64,000 bases of DNA, taken from assembly GCA_003135555.1 (NCBI GenBank), contig PLCF01000014.1, positions 12,320-76,319 on the forward strand, read 5' to 3'. This document shows, in pieces, positions 12,091 to 21,542 of the stretch. Every line of letters begins with the position of its first letter. Within the stretch, counting starts at the first letter, position 1. This stretch comes from Vulcanimicrobiota bacterium (lineage in GTDB: Bacteria; Vulcanimicrobiota; Vulcanimicrobiia; Vulcanimicrobiales; Vulcanimicrobiaceae). Both the position numbers and the translations under genes were made by a program. The notes beneath the pieces were generated by a model, which was given only the letters and a program-made list of their open reading frames with translations, did no database searches and was not told the DNA's origin.

Positions 12091-12112
12091 GGGCCCTGTC
12101 GAGCCGCGCTGG

Positions 12113-13522
12113 TCAGATCAAGACGCCGATCGCGACGCCGATCGCATGCGCGGCGATCGGCACGGCAACATCCCGCGCGGCGTCGAGCAGCCACTTTCCG
12201 GCTTTCCCGAGCGCCGTCCAAATCTTCTGCTTGTCGTTCTGAGCGGCGCCCGCCTCGGCTTCGGAGAGCGCGGCGATCGCGGCGACCTTCTCCGGTCCGT
12301 CCGGCTTCGTCGCTACGTGCTCTTTCAGCGTGCGCAGCTCGGCCCCGAGCGCGGCCAAGTCCACGCCGTCCAAGTACGTCGGCTGAAAGTTGTTGACGCC
12401 CTGATTGATTGTACCTGGTCCAGTGTTGAGGCCGCCGATGTTCGCGTTTCTGAAGTCGTTCATGATGGTGACCGTAGCTTCTTTCTTTTGGATGATCGCG
12501 ATGGTCCGCGCATGCAGGGACGTTGTGGTCTGGTCGATTTGGCTCAAGATGCGATCGCGCTCGCCCGGGACGATGGCGTCGCTCGTGCCGAGCGCCATGT
12601 CGGCGAGCAAACGGTCTTGGCCGGCTAGCTTTCGCGCGGTCGACTCACTGCGCTTGACCCGGGAGTACGCTTCGGTGAGGTACTGCTCGAGCTTCTTGGT
12701 GTCGCCGTCGACCGGAATCCTCGTCGGCCTCAGATTGTCGAAGACGAAGCCGAGACATTCGTATTCCGCGTGAAGGCGTAGAAGGCTCAAGCGCAGGTGC
12801 CGCGCCGCGCCGCGATCGAAGCCCTCCCGCAGCGTCATCACCCAGGCCGGAATGGTGCGCTTTCGGAAGATCACCCTACGCAGCTCGATCGAGATGCCGA
12901 ACTTCTCACGGAGTTGCGGACCGGCACGCACCGGATAGGGAAGCTCGACGATCTCGTCTTCCAGATGCTCGACGAAGAGAATCGGCTGCCCGGATGAAAC
13001 GCTCCAGCCCGGGCTGGGATGCTGTTCGACGAGGTTCTTCTTCGTCGTCGCGCGGTAGTACAGCAAGCGCAGCGCTTCATCCGCGTCGGCCAGTCGCGTC
13101 GTCGTTCTCTTGCCGCGCGCGTCGTTGACGGACAGGGCGGTCGTGAGGAAGCTCTCGATCAGGGCCTGCGTCTCGGCGCCGTCGAGCTCTATCGACGGAT
13201 CGCCCGAGACCGCGATCCCGAGCTCGAAACGGGCGACCGCCAAACCGTCGAAGTAGAACCGGCGGAACACGCCGCGCTTGCGCAGCGCCTCGCCGTTGCG
13301 AAACGCGGCATCGCCGAAGTGAATGCCGCGATTTGCCGAGCAGAAGATGTCCTCGCCCCAGCCGATCAGCCCGCCGCGCGGGCGTTTGTCGACAACGCCG
13401 ACGAAGCGAACGAAGTGCTTTCCCGGCAGCGGCGACGGCCAATTCGGACTATCGAGGCGCGGAGTCTCTCCGGCCGCGAAGCCCCGCGCGTCCGCGAGCG
13501 GATACTGTATCGTTAACAGCAT
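12113..13522 (-). CDS. Hypothetical protein with an N/G/Q-rich segment and C-terminal amphipathic helical domain
   Basis: 469-aa ORF with its own promoter; C-terminus ...LGKAGKWLLDAARDVAVPIAAHAIG. Confidence 0.7.
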   Translation of the reverse strand: MLLTIQYPLADARGFAAGETPRLDSPNWPSPLPGKHFVRFVGVVDKRPRGGLIGWGEDIFCSANRGIHFGDAAFRNGEALRKRGVFRRFYFDGLAVARFELGIAVSGDPSIELDGAETQALIESFLTTALSVNDARGKRTTTRLADADEALRLLYYRATTKKNLVEQHPSPGWSVSSGQPILFVEHLEDEIVELPYPVRAGPQLREKFGISIELRRVIFRKRTIPAWVMTLREGFDRGAARHLRLSLLRLHAEYECLGFVFDNLRPTRIPVDGDTKKLEQYLTEAYSRVKRSESTARKLAGQDRLLADMALGTSDAIVPGERDRILSQIDQTTTSLHARTIAIIQKKEATVTIMNDFRNANIGGLNTGPGTINQGVNNFQPTYLDGVDLAALGAELRTLKEHVATKPDGPEKVAAIAALSEAEAGAAQNDKQKIWTALGKAGKWLLDAARDVAVPIAAHAIGVAIGVLI

Positions 13523-13645
13523 CCGCCCGCATCACGTCTATGAGCCCCATTCGACCGATCCGCCATGAGGCCACCCTCTCGTGCAGCCTTTCGGCAGCGT
13601 GCCATCGTGTCGTCACGACGAATCGGAGTCTACGATGGTGGACAA

Positions 13646-13674
13646 ATCTTAGCCATCTCGACCAGGCCCGTCAA
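13646..13674 (-). promoter_or_regulatory. sigma70-type promoter for 12113..13522
   Basis: Minus strand TTGACG (13669-13674), 17-nt spacer, TAAGAT (13646-13651). Confidence 0.75.
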
Positions 13675-13689
13675 GCCTCGCCACGCCGG

Positions 13690-14724
13690 TCACGCCTCGC
13701 CGACGGCCAGCAGCACCTTGCCGAACTGCGCGCCCTTGTCGACCGATTCCGCTGCTGCGGCGACGTCGTTCATCGCGTAGACCCTATCGACCACCGGTTT
13801 GATAGCCTGTCCTGAGCTTGTCGAAGGATCGAACATCGCGAGCATCGCCGCGAAGTCGTGCGGCGAGCCCATCGACGAGCCCATGATGTCGAGCTGCTTC
13901 CAGAACACCGAGTACGGCCGGATCTTCGCGTCGCCGGTCGTCCCGCCGTAGATCACGACGCGCCCGCCGTAGCGCGTGACGTTCACCGCTTTGCCGAGCG
14001 TGTCGCCCCCCACCGAGTCGACGACCAGGCTGGGCCCGCCGTCGACCGCCTGAACATCCTTCTCCCACCGTTCCGCCGTGTTGTAGTTGATGGCGACGTC
14101 GGCGCCCAGCGCTTTCGCACGTTCGAGCTTCTCGTCGCTCGACGACGTCACGATCACTTTGGCGCCGATTTTCTTGGCGAACAGCAGCACGAACGTTTGC
14201 ACGCCGCTTCCCACGCCCGGGATCAGCACCACGTCGTCCTTGGTGCAGCCGCCGCGCGAAACGAGCGCGCGATAGGCGGTCACACCGGCCAGCGGAATCG
14301 CGGCCGCTTCGTCGTCGCTCAGCGATGCGGGCGCAGGGTGGACGTTTTCGGCCGGGACCGCGATGTACTCCGCAAACGTGCCCTGGTGCGGCATCCCGAG
14401 CACCTGCGCGCTGCGCAGCCAAATGCGCTGACTCGGCCCCCACCCCAGCGTCGGGTCGATGACGACGCGCGTTCCGAGGGCCGGGCCCTGCGCCCCCTCG
14501 CCGTGCGCCGCGACGGTGCCGGCGCCGTCCGAGCCGGGGATGCACGGCAGCTGGATCCCCGGATAGAGGCCCTGGCTGATGAACACGTCACGCCGGTTGA
14601 ACGCGGCGCGGCGGACGGCGACGAGCATCTCGCCGGGCGCCGGCTGCGGATCGTCGACCTGCTCGACGCGGAAGTTCTTGGGACCGTTCTCGCGGTCGAT
14701 CTCGTGGAGGCGCACGGCTCGCAT
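13690..14724 (-). CDS. MDR-family quinone oxidoreductase / alcohol dehydrogenase-like protein
   Basis: IPGSDGAG, GTFAEY, AAAIPLAGVTAYRAL, QFGKVLL. Confidence 0.9.
   Translation of the reverse strand: MRAVRLHEIDRENGPKNFRVEQVDDPQPAPGEMLVAVRRAAFNRRDVFISQGLYPGIQLPCIPGSDGAGTVAAHGEGAQGPALGTRVVIDPTLGWGPSQRIWLRSAQVLGMPHQGTFAEYIAVPAENVHPAPASLSDDEAAAIPLAGVTAYRALVSRGGCTKDDVVLIPGVGSGVQTFVLLFAKKIGAKVIVTSSSDEKLERAKALGADVAINYNTAERWEKDVQAVDGGPSLVVDSVGGDTLGKAVNVTRYGGRVVIYGGTTGDAKIRPYSVFWKQLDIMGSSMGSPHDFAAMLAMFDPSTSSGQAIKPVVDRVYAMNDVAAAAESVDKGAQFGKVLLAVGEA
13805..13828. repeat. REP-like short repeat embedded in frame in the oxidoreductase
   Basis: GCCTGTCCTGAGCTTGTCGAAGGA, read as PSTSSGQA in the gene; resembles the CTTCGACAAGCTCAG repeat family as I recall it. 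Confidence 0.5.
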
Positions 14725-14814
14725 CCCGGCTCGGTACGAGCACGGCACCGGGAGCGCCTACCGGCGACCGTGAATGACGCTCCCAACCGCTAGCGTCTCC
14801 GGTTTGGAGAGGAC

Positions 14815-16125
14815 TTGGCTTTTCCGTCAGTGAGCTTGGGACCGCCCATCGCGAAACCGCTGTCCCGCCTGGAAGTCGAGATCGAGGCCAACCGCTGCCT
14901 CAACTGCTACGACGCGCCGTGCATCCGAGCGTGCCCGACCTCGATCGACGTACCGCGCTTCATCGGCCGCATCGCGACGGGAGATCTGCGCGGTAGCGCG
15001 CACACGATCATGGAGGCCAATCCGGTCGGGGCCAGCTGCGCGCGGGTGTGCCCGACCTCCCAGCTGTGCGAGGGCGCCTGCGTCTACAACGCGGACGCCA
15101 ATCCGATCCGGATCGGTGACTTGCAGCGCTACGCGACGGATTGGGCGATTCGGACCGGCGCGACGCTCTTCTCGGCGGGCGAACCGACAGGCAAGCGCGT
15201 CGCGGTCGTCGGTTCGGGTCCGGCCGGACTGGCCGCGGCGCGCGACTTGGCGATTCTCGGACACGCCGTCACGATCTTCGAGCGCGACGACGCGCCCGGC
15301 GGGCTGGACACCTACGGGATCGTGCCGTTCCGGCTGCCCGCGGAGATCGCGATCTGGGAAGCCGAGCAGGTGCGCGCGCTGGGCGTCGAGTTCCGTACCG
15401 GGGTAGCGGTCGGCGAAACGCTCAGCGCCGACGCCGTTCTAGCGGGCTACGATGCCGTCGTGTTGGCCGTGGGGATGGGGAACGTCCCGCGGCTGGGGAT
15501 CGAAGGCGAAGACGCCGCCGGCGTGTGGGACGCGCTCGATTTCATCCGCATCGCCAAGATGGGGGGCGACGTCGGAACGCTCGGCGACGCGGTAGCGATC
15601 ATCGGCGGCGGCAACACCGCGATCGACGCCGCGACCTGCTCGCGGCGGCTAGCCGTACCGTCGGTGACGATGTACTATCGCCGCGGCACCGAGCGTATGA
15701 CGGCCTACGATTTCGAGATCGAGTTCGCCCAAGTCGAAGGCGTCGAGTTCCGCACCTTCACCCTGCCCAAGCGCATCGTCGTGGAGAACGGCCGCGTCGC
15801 CGGGCTCGAGATCGTCTCGACCGCGCCCGACAACAGCGCGCGCCCGCTGCCCGGAACCGAACGTGTCATCGCGGCGCAAACGGTGATCTTGGCGATCGGC
15901 CAGTCGCGGCACGTCGCGCTGCTCGACGCGTTCGACGTCACCCACGACGTCAACGGGATCGCGATCGTCGACGAGGCGATGCGAACCAACAACCCGCGCG
16001 TCTATGCCGCCGGGGACTGCATGTTCAAACCCGGCGGCACCGACGCGATGGTGGTCGAGGCGGCGCAGCGCGGCAAGACCGCGGCGCAAAGCATCGATCT
16101 CTTCCTGCGTGCGGAGGTACGCTGA
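14815..16125 (+). CDS. preT: Dihydropyrimidine dehydrogenase subunit A (GltD-like)
   Basis: RCLNCYDAPCIRACP, CARVCP...CEGAC, GSGPAG, GGGNTAID; GGAGAGG RBS; directly upstream of preA. Confidence 0.9.
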   Translation: MAFPSVSLGPPIAKPLSRLEVEIEANRCLNCYDAPCIRACPTSIDVPRFIGRIATGDLRGSAHTIMEANPVGASCARVCPTSQLCEGACVYNADANPIRIGDLQRYATDWAIRTGATLFSAGEPTGKRVAVVGSGPAGLAAARDLAILGHAVTIFERDDAPGGLDTYGIVPFRLPAEIAIWEAEQVRALGVEFRTGVAVGETLSADAVLAGYDAVVLAVGMGNVPRLGIEGEDAAGVWDALDFIRIAKMGGDVGTLGDAVAIIGGGNTAIDAATCSRRLAVPSVTMYYRRGTERMTAYDFEIEFAQVEGVEFRTFTLPKRIVVENGRVAGLEIVSTAPDNSARPLPGTERVIAAQTVILAIGQSRHVALLDAFDVTHDVNGIAIVDEAMRTNNPRVYAAGDCMFKPGGTDAMVVEAAQRGKTAAQSIDLFLRAEVR

Positions 16126-17378
16126 TGGCCGATCTCTCGATCGATCTGGCGGGGATCAAGAGTCCCAACCCGTTCTGGCTGGCGTCGGCCCCGCCCACGA
16201 ACTCCGGCTATCAGGTCATGCGCGCCTTCGCGGCGGGCTGGGGCGGCGCCGTTTGGAAAACGTTGGCGCTCGAGCCGATCGTCAACGTCACCTCGCGCTT
16301 CGCGGGGTTCAACATCGGGCCCAACCGCATGGCCGGGATGAACAACATCGAGCTCATCACCGATCGGCCGCTCGAGGACAACCTGCGCGAGATCGCGGAG
16401 TGCAAAGCGGCCTACCCCGACCGCGCCATCGTGGTCTCGTTGATGACCGAGTGTACGCGCGAGAGCTGGCACGAGCTGGTGCGGCGCTGCGAGACGGTCC
16501 CGCTCGATGGGTTCGAGCTCAACTTCGGCTGCCCGCACGGGATGTCGGAGCGCGGGCAAGGCGCGGCGGTGGGGCAAGACCCCGAGCTCATCGAGATGGT
16601 CACGCGCTGGGTGAAGGAAGCCGCGCACGTCCCCGTCATCGTGAAGCTCACGCCCAACGTCACCGACGTGCGCTACCCCGCGCGCGCCGCTGCCAAAGGC
16701 GGCGCCGACGCGATCAGCCTGATCAACACGATCAACTCGCTCATCGGGGTCGATCTCGACACCTGGCTGCCCGTCCCGCACGTCGACGGCAAGTCGTCCC
16801 ACGGCGGCTACTGCGGCGCGGCCGTAAAACCGATCGCGCTCAACATGGTGGGAGCATGTGCGAAGGACTCCGCGGTCGGGATACCGATCTCGGGGATCGG
16901 CGGGGTGGGCGACTGGCGCGACGCCGTCGAGTTTATGCTGATGGGATCGACGAGCGTACAGGTCTGCACCGCGGTGATGCACCACGGCTTTCGCATCGTC
17001 GCCGACATGATCGACGGGCTCAACAACTACCTCGACGCGCGCGGGATTGCGTCGGTGAACGAGCTCGTCGGGAAGACCGTGCCGCGCTTCGTCGACTGGA
17101 ACGACCTCAACCTCGACTACAAGATCGTGGCGCGCATCGACCCCGAGACCTGCATCCGCTGCAACAAGTGCTACATCGCCTGCGAGGACGCGGCGCACCA
17201 GTGCATCGACCGGCCCGCCGATCCGCGCCTGGCGCCGGTCGTCGACGAAGAGCACTGCGTGGGCTGCAACCTGTGCGCCATGGTGTGCCCGGTCGTCGAC
17301 TGCATCGAGATGGTGCGCGTCGACGCCGGCGACACCGTCCACACCTGGAGAGAGAGGCTGACATCGGCACAATTGTAA
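16125..17378 (+). CDS. preA: Dihydropyrimidine dehydrogenase subunit B
   Basis: NPFWLASAPP, ELNFGCPHGM, KLTPN, two C-terminal 4Fe-4S motifs; TGATG overlap. Confidence 0.95.
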   Translation: MADLSIDLAGIKSPNPFWLASAPPTNSGYQVMRAFAAGWGGAVWKTLALEPIVNVTSRFAGFNIGPNRMAGMNNIELITDRPLEDNLREIAECKAAYPDRAIVVSLMTECTRESWHELVRRCETVPLDGFELNFGCPHGMSERGQGAAVGQDPELIEMVTRWVKEAAHVPVIVKLTPNVTDVRYPARAAAKGGADAISLINTINSLIGVDLDTWLPVPHVDGKSSHGGYCGAAVKPIALNMVGACAKDSAVGIPISGIGGVGDWRDAVEFMLMGSTSVQVCTAVMHHGFRIVADMIDGLNNYLDARGIASVNELVGKTVPRFVDWNDLNLDYKIVARIDPETCIRCNKCYIACEDAAHQCIDRPADPRLAPVVDEEHCVGCNLCAMVCPVVDCIEMVRVDAGDTVHTWRERLTSAQL

Positions 17379-18754
17379 GAGGCGGCACGGTCGTTACCGC
17401 GACCGACATCTTCCCCGCCGACGTGCTCGTCGAGGACGGCACGATCACCGCGATCGCGCGCTCGGTCCCCGGCGTCGGCCACGAGACCGTCGACGCGTCG
17501 GGCGCGCTCGTGTTCCCGGGCTTCATCGATCCGCACACGCACCTGGACATGCCGTTCGGGGGGACGACGACGGTCGACGACTTCGCCAGCGGTACCGTCG
17601 CGGCCGCGCTCGGCGGCACGACGACGATCGTCGACTTCGCGCTGCACACCAAGGGCGACTCGCTGGCCAACGCGCTCAAGACCTGGCACGCCAAGGCCGC
17701 CGGGAAGGCGGTGATCGACTACGCGTTCCACCTCACCATCGCCGACGGCCGGCCCGAGACGATCGCCGAGATCCCCGAGATGATCGCGCGTGAGGGCGTC
17801 AACTCGTTCAAGGTGTTCATGGCCTACAAGCACGTGCTACAAGTCGACGACGAGACGATCTTCAAGGTGCTCAAGGCTGCGGCCAACTACGGCGGGCTGG
17901 TGCAGGTACACGCCGAGAACGGCGACGTCATCGAGGTCACGGTCAAGGACGCCCTTGCGGCGGGCCATACCGCGCCGAAATACCACGGTCTCACGCGACC
18001 CGTCGAGCTCGAAGCCGAGGCCACGTCGCGCGCGATCCGGCTCGCCGAGGTCGCCGGCGCGCCACTGTACGTCGTCCACGTCTCGAGCGCGATGGCGGCC
18101 GACGCGATCAGCGACGGCCGCAAGCGCGGCTTGCACATCTACGGCGAGACCTGCCCGCAGTATCTCGTCTGTGACGCGACCGACTACGATCGGCCGGACT
18201 TCGCCGGCGCAAACTACGTGATGTCGCCGCCGCTGCGTGAGAAGTGGAACCAGGCGGTGCTGCTCAAGAAGCTCAAGAACGGCGAGCTGCACGCCTTCGG
18301 CTCCGACCACTGCTCGTTCAACAACTGCGGTCAGAAGGAGCTGGGGAAGGACGACTTCTCGAAGATCCCCAACGGCGCGCCGACGATCGAGGACCGCGTC
18401 GCGATCCTGTTCGAGCACGGTGTGGTCAAGGGTGTGATCGGTCTGAACCAATTCGTCGCGCTCGCCTCGACGAACCCGGCGAAGCTGTTCGGCCTGTTCC
18501 CGCGCAAGGGCACGATCGCGGTGGGCAGCGACGCCGACATCGTGGTGTGGGATCCCGCCGTCGAGCGCACGATCTCGGCGCAGACGCACCACATGAAGGC
18601 CGACAACAACATCTTCGAGGGAATGTCGGTGCACGGTCGCCCGCGCTACGTCTTCTCGCGCGGCCGCAAGGTTGCCGACGACGGCGCCTTCGTCGGCTCG
18701 CCCGGCGCCGGCATCCACCAGAAGTCGGCGCCATTCCGCCCCGTTCAATTGTAG
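17363..18754 (+). CDS. hydA: Dihydropyrimidinase; start appears to be ATC
   Basis: PGFIDPHTH, FKVFMAY, VHAENG, GETCPQYL, SDH; N-terminus IGTIVRGGTVV follows a GAGAGG RBS. Confidence 0.93.
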   Translation: MGTIVRGGTVVTATDIFPADVLVEDGTITAIARSVPGVGHETVDASGALVFPGFIDPHTHLDMPFGGTTTVDDFASGTVAAALGGTTTIVDFALHTKGDSLANALKTWHAKAAGKAVIDYAFHLTIADGRPETIAEIPEMIAREGVNSFKVFMAYKHVLQVDDETIFKVLKAAANYGGLVQVHAENGDVIEVTVKDALAAGHTAPKYHGLTRPVELEAEATSRAIRLAEVAGAPLYVVHVSSAMAADAISDGRKRGLHIYGETCPQYLVCDATDYDRPDFAGANYVMSPPLREKWNQAVLLKKLKNGELHAFGSDHCSFNNCGQKELGKDDFSKIPNGAPTIEDRVAILFEHGVVKGVIGLNQFVALASTNPAKLFGLFPRKGTIAVGSDADIVVWDPAVERTISAQTHHMKADNNIFEGMSVHGRPRYVFSRGRKVADDGAFVGSPGAGIHQKSAPFRPVQL

Positions 18755-18770
18755 GTCAGGAGTTGTCACG

Positions 18771-19661
18771 ATGAGCGATGCCGACATCATCAGGATCGGC
18801 TTGGTCCAGGCGCACCACGACACCGACGGCCCCGAGCCCGTCGAGGTGCACAAGCGCGAGGCGATCAAGAAGCACGAGCGCATGATCCGCGAGGCGGCGC
18901 AGCGCGGCGCGCAGATCGTGTGCCTGCAGGAGCTCTTCTACGGGCCGTACTTCTGCACCGAACAGGACCCGAAGTGGTACGAGGCGACCGAACCGGTCCC
19001 CGACGGCCCGACGACGCGCCTGATGCAAGACTTGGCGCGCGAGTTGGGGATCGCGCTCGTCGTTCCGCTCTACGAGCGCACCTTCAGCGGCGTGTACTAC
19101 AACACCGCAGTCATCATCGACGCCGACGGCGCCGTGCTGGGGATCTACCGCAAGCACCATCTTCCGCAGGTCGCGGCGGGCCCGCCGGGATGCGGCTTCT
19201 GGGAGAAGTACTACTTCAAACCCGGCAACGCCGGATACCCGACCTTTCAGACGAAGTTCGCGCGCATCGGCGCGTACATCTGTTACGACCGCCATTTCCC
19301 CGAAGGCGCGCGGCTGCTCGGCCTGGCGGGCGCGGAGATCGTCTTCAACCCGTCGGCGACCGTCGCGGGCCTGTCGGAATATCTCTGGAAGCTCGAACAG
19401 CCGGCGCATGCCGTCGCCAACGGATACTACGTCGGCGCCATCAACCGCGTGGGCTTCGAAACGCCCTGGAACATGGGCGAATTCTACGGGCAATCGTACC
19501 TCGTCGATCCGCGCGGGCAGTTCGTGGCCATGGGTTCGCGTGACAAGGACGAGGTCGTGATCGGCGACATGGACCGCCGCGTGATCGAAGAGGTCCGCAA
19601 CACCTGGCAGTTCTACCGCGACCGCCGCCCCGAGACGTACGGCGCGATGGTCGAAGTCTAG
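18771..19661 (+). CDS. Nitrilase-family beta-ureidopropionase
   Basis: Glu-Lys-Cys triad motifs CLQELF, YRKHHLP, ICYDRHFPE; AGGAG RBS; operon context. Confidence 0.88.
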   Translation: MSDADIIRIGLVQAHHDTDGPEPVEVHKREAIKKHERMIREAAQRGAQIVCLQELFYGPYFCTEQDPKWYEATEPVPDGPTTRLMQDLARELGIALVVPLYERTFSGVYYNTAVIIDADGAVLGIYRKHHLPQVAAGPPGCGFWEKYYFKPGNAGYPTFQTKFARIGAYICYDRHFPEGARLLGLAGAEIVFNPSATVAGLSEYLWKLEQPAHAVANGYYVGAINRVGFETPWNMGEFYGQSYLVDPRGQFVAMGSRDKDEVVIGDMDRRVIEEVRNTWQFYRDRRPETYGAMVEV

Positions 19662-19674
19662 GCCGCACCAACCC

Positions 19675-21171
19675 ATGAAAACGCAGGTCGAGCGCGAGGG
19701 TATCGTCACCCTCACCGACGACGCCGCGGCCGTCGCGGCGCGCAATGCCGACTTCTGGAACGACGACCTGCGGCCGTGCACCACGGCCGAGCACGACTGG
19801 CGCGCCTCGCGGTTTGCGAGCTTGTGGATCGGGATGTGCCTGTGCATCCCGACCTGGTCGCTCGCCGGCGGCATGATCGATGCGGGGATGAGCTGGTGGG
19901 AAGCCGTGCTGACGCTGCTCAGCGGAAGCCTCGTCGTGCTGATCCCGATCCTGTTGGTCGCGCACGCCGGAACGCGTTACGGCATTCCCTATCCGGTCTT
20001 CGCCCGGCTGTGGTTCGGGACGCGCGGCGCGCATCTGCCGGCCCTGGCGCGCGCCGTCATCGGCGCCGGCTGGTTCGGGATCAACGCCTGGTTCGGCGGG
20101 CTCGCGCTCGACGCGATCGCCGGGCGCATCGCGCCGGCGTGGAGCTCTTTCGGTGGACACATCGCGGTCGCGTTCGCCGCGTTTTGGCTGCTCAACGTCG
20201 CCATCGCGATGCGCGGCCCGCAAGCGATCGGGCGGCTCGCCGCGTTCGCCGCGCCGACGCTGGGCATCGCCGCGCTGGCGCTCTTCGCTTGGGGGCTGAG
20301 CGCGGCGGGAGGCGTCGGTCCGATGCTCGCGGCCCCGCCCAAGCTCCAGGGCGTCGCGTTCTGGATCGCGTTCTTCCCCTTGATGATCGGGGTGGTTGCG
20401 TTTTGGGCGACGCTGGCTCTGAACATCCCCGACTTCTCGCGCTACGCCGTCTCGCAGCGCGCCCAGCTGCGCGGCCAACTCGTGATGCCCATCGTCATGG
20501 CGCTGTTCGGGTTCGTCGCCATCGCGGTGACGTCGGCAACCGTCGTGGTGTTCGGCAAGGCGCTGTGGAACCCGGTGGAGCTGCTGGTGCGGTTCCCCAC
20601 CGTCGTGGTGCTGATCGGCGGCGTACTGGTGATCCTGTCGTCGATCACGATCAACGTCGGCGCCAACGTCATGGCGCCGGCCCGCGCGTTCGAGAACCTC
20701 TGGCCTAACAAGGTCACCTTCGCGACCGGGGCGATCGTGACCGGCGTGCTCGCGTTGGCGATGCAGCCCTGGTTCGTCCTGGAACGCTACGGCAACTACG
20801 TCTTCCTGTGGCTCGGCACGTACGGCACATTGCTGGGCCCGTTCGACGGCATCGCGATCGCCGACTACTGGCTGGTGCGTAAGCTGCGCTTGGACCTCGT
20901 GGGCCTGTACTCACCCGGCGCGCGCTACGACTATGCGCGCGGCTGGAACGTGCGCGCGATCGTAGCCCTGGTCGTCGGCTGGCTCCCGCCGCTGGTCGGG
21001 TTGTGGTATGCGCCGCTGCACTTCTTGTGGTCCGGCGGCTGGCTCTTCAGCATCGTCGTCGCAGGATTCGCCTACGCTTGGTTCATGCGCGCCGACAAGT
21101 CGCGCATCAGCGCCGACGAATATGCGGCGATCACCGAAGTCGACGATCTCGCGCTATCTGCCCCCACCTGA
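19675..21171 (+). CDS. NCS1 nucleobase:cation symporter
   Basis: NDDLRP, GIPYPV, WFGIN, WATLALNIPDFSRY; many TM helices. Confidence 0.92.
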   Translation: MKTQVEREGIVTLTDDAAAVAARNADFWNDDLRPCTTAEHDWRASRFASLWIGMCLCIPTWSLAGGMIDAGMSWWEAVLTLLSGSLVVLIPILLVAHAGTRYGIPYPVFARLWFGTRGAHLPALARAVIGAGWFGINAWFGGLALDAIAGRIAPAWSSFGGHIAVAFAAFWLLNVAIAMRGPQAIGRLAAFAAPTLGIAALALFAWGLSAAGGVGPMLAAPPKLQGVAFWIAFFPLMIGVVAFWATLALNIPDFSRYAVSQRAQLRGQLVMPIVMALFGFVAIAVTSATVVVFGKALWNPVELLVRFPTVVVLIGGVLVILSSITINVGANVMAPARAFENLWPNKVTFATGAIVTGVLALAMQPWFVLERYGNYVFLWLGTYGTLLGPFDGIAIADYWLVRKLRLDLVGLYSPGARYDYARGWNVRAIVALVVGWLPPLVGLWYAPLHFLWSGGWLFSIVVAGFAYAWFMRADKSRISADEYAAITEVDDLALSAPT

Positions 21172-21522
21172 TCAGGAACGCGTCTCCGGAACGTTGTCGA
21201 GCTGCGCGGCGAGCCGCCGCGGTGCCCGCAGGTGCCATGCCTCGGTGAGCAGTTCGCGCAGCTCGTCGGCGCCGACGTGGGCGAGCCGCACGAGCACCCA
21301 GGGATAGTTTTCGTAGTGCGGCGTGGTGAAGAACTTCTGGGGCTCGGCGAGCATGAGCGCCTCGCGTTCGGGGCCGACCCGTAATACCAGCGTCTCGCCG
21401 TCCTCGCGCAGCCGCGCGATCAGCCGGCCGCGCACCTTGAGCGCGGGCGTACCGTACGACGTGCTCTCCTCGATCTCGGGCAGTGCCGCCGCCAGCCCGA
21501 GAATCTCGCTCCAGGTCAACAC
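21172..21522 (-). CDS. MmcQ/YjbR family protein
   Basis: LPEIEESTSYGTPALKVRG, FFTTPHY..YPWVLVRL, ELLTEAW. Confidence 0.85.
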   Translation of the reverse strand: MLTWSEILGLAAALPEIEESTSYGTPALKVRGRLIARLREDGETLVLRVGPEREALMLAEPQKFFTTPHYENYPWVLVRLAHVGADELRELLTEAWHLRAPRRLAAQLDNVPETRS

Positions 21523-21542
21523 AGCGAGCGCGCGCTTAACGC

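Noticed and set aside
15141..18754. Long overlapping ORFs 15141..17378 (745 aa) and 16004..18754 (916 aa) suggesting fusion proteins
   Set aside because: Their N-terminal parts are Arg-rich off-frame readings of preT and preA; real homology starts at 16125 and 17363.
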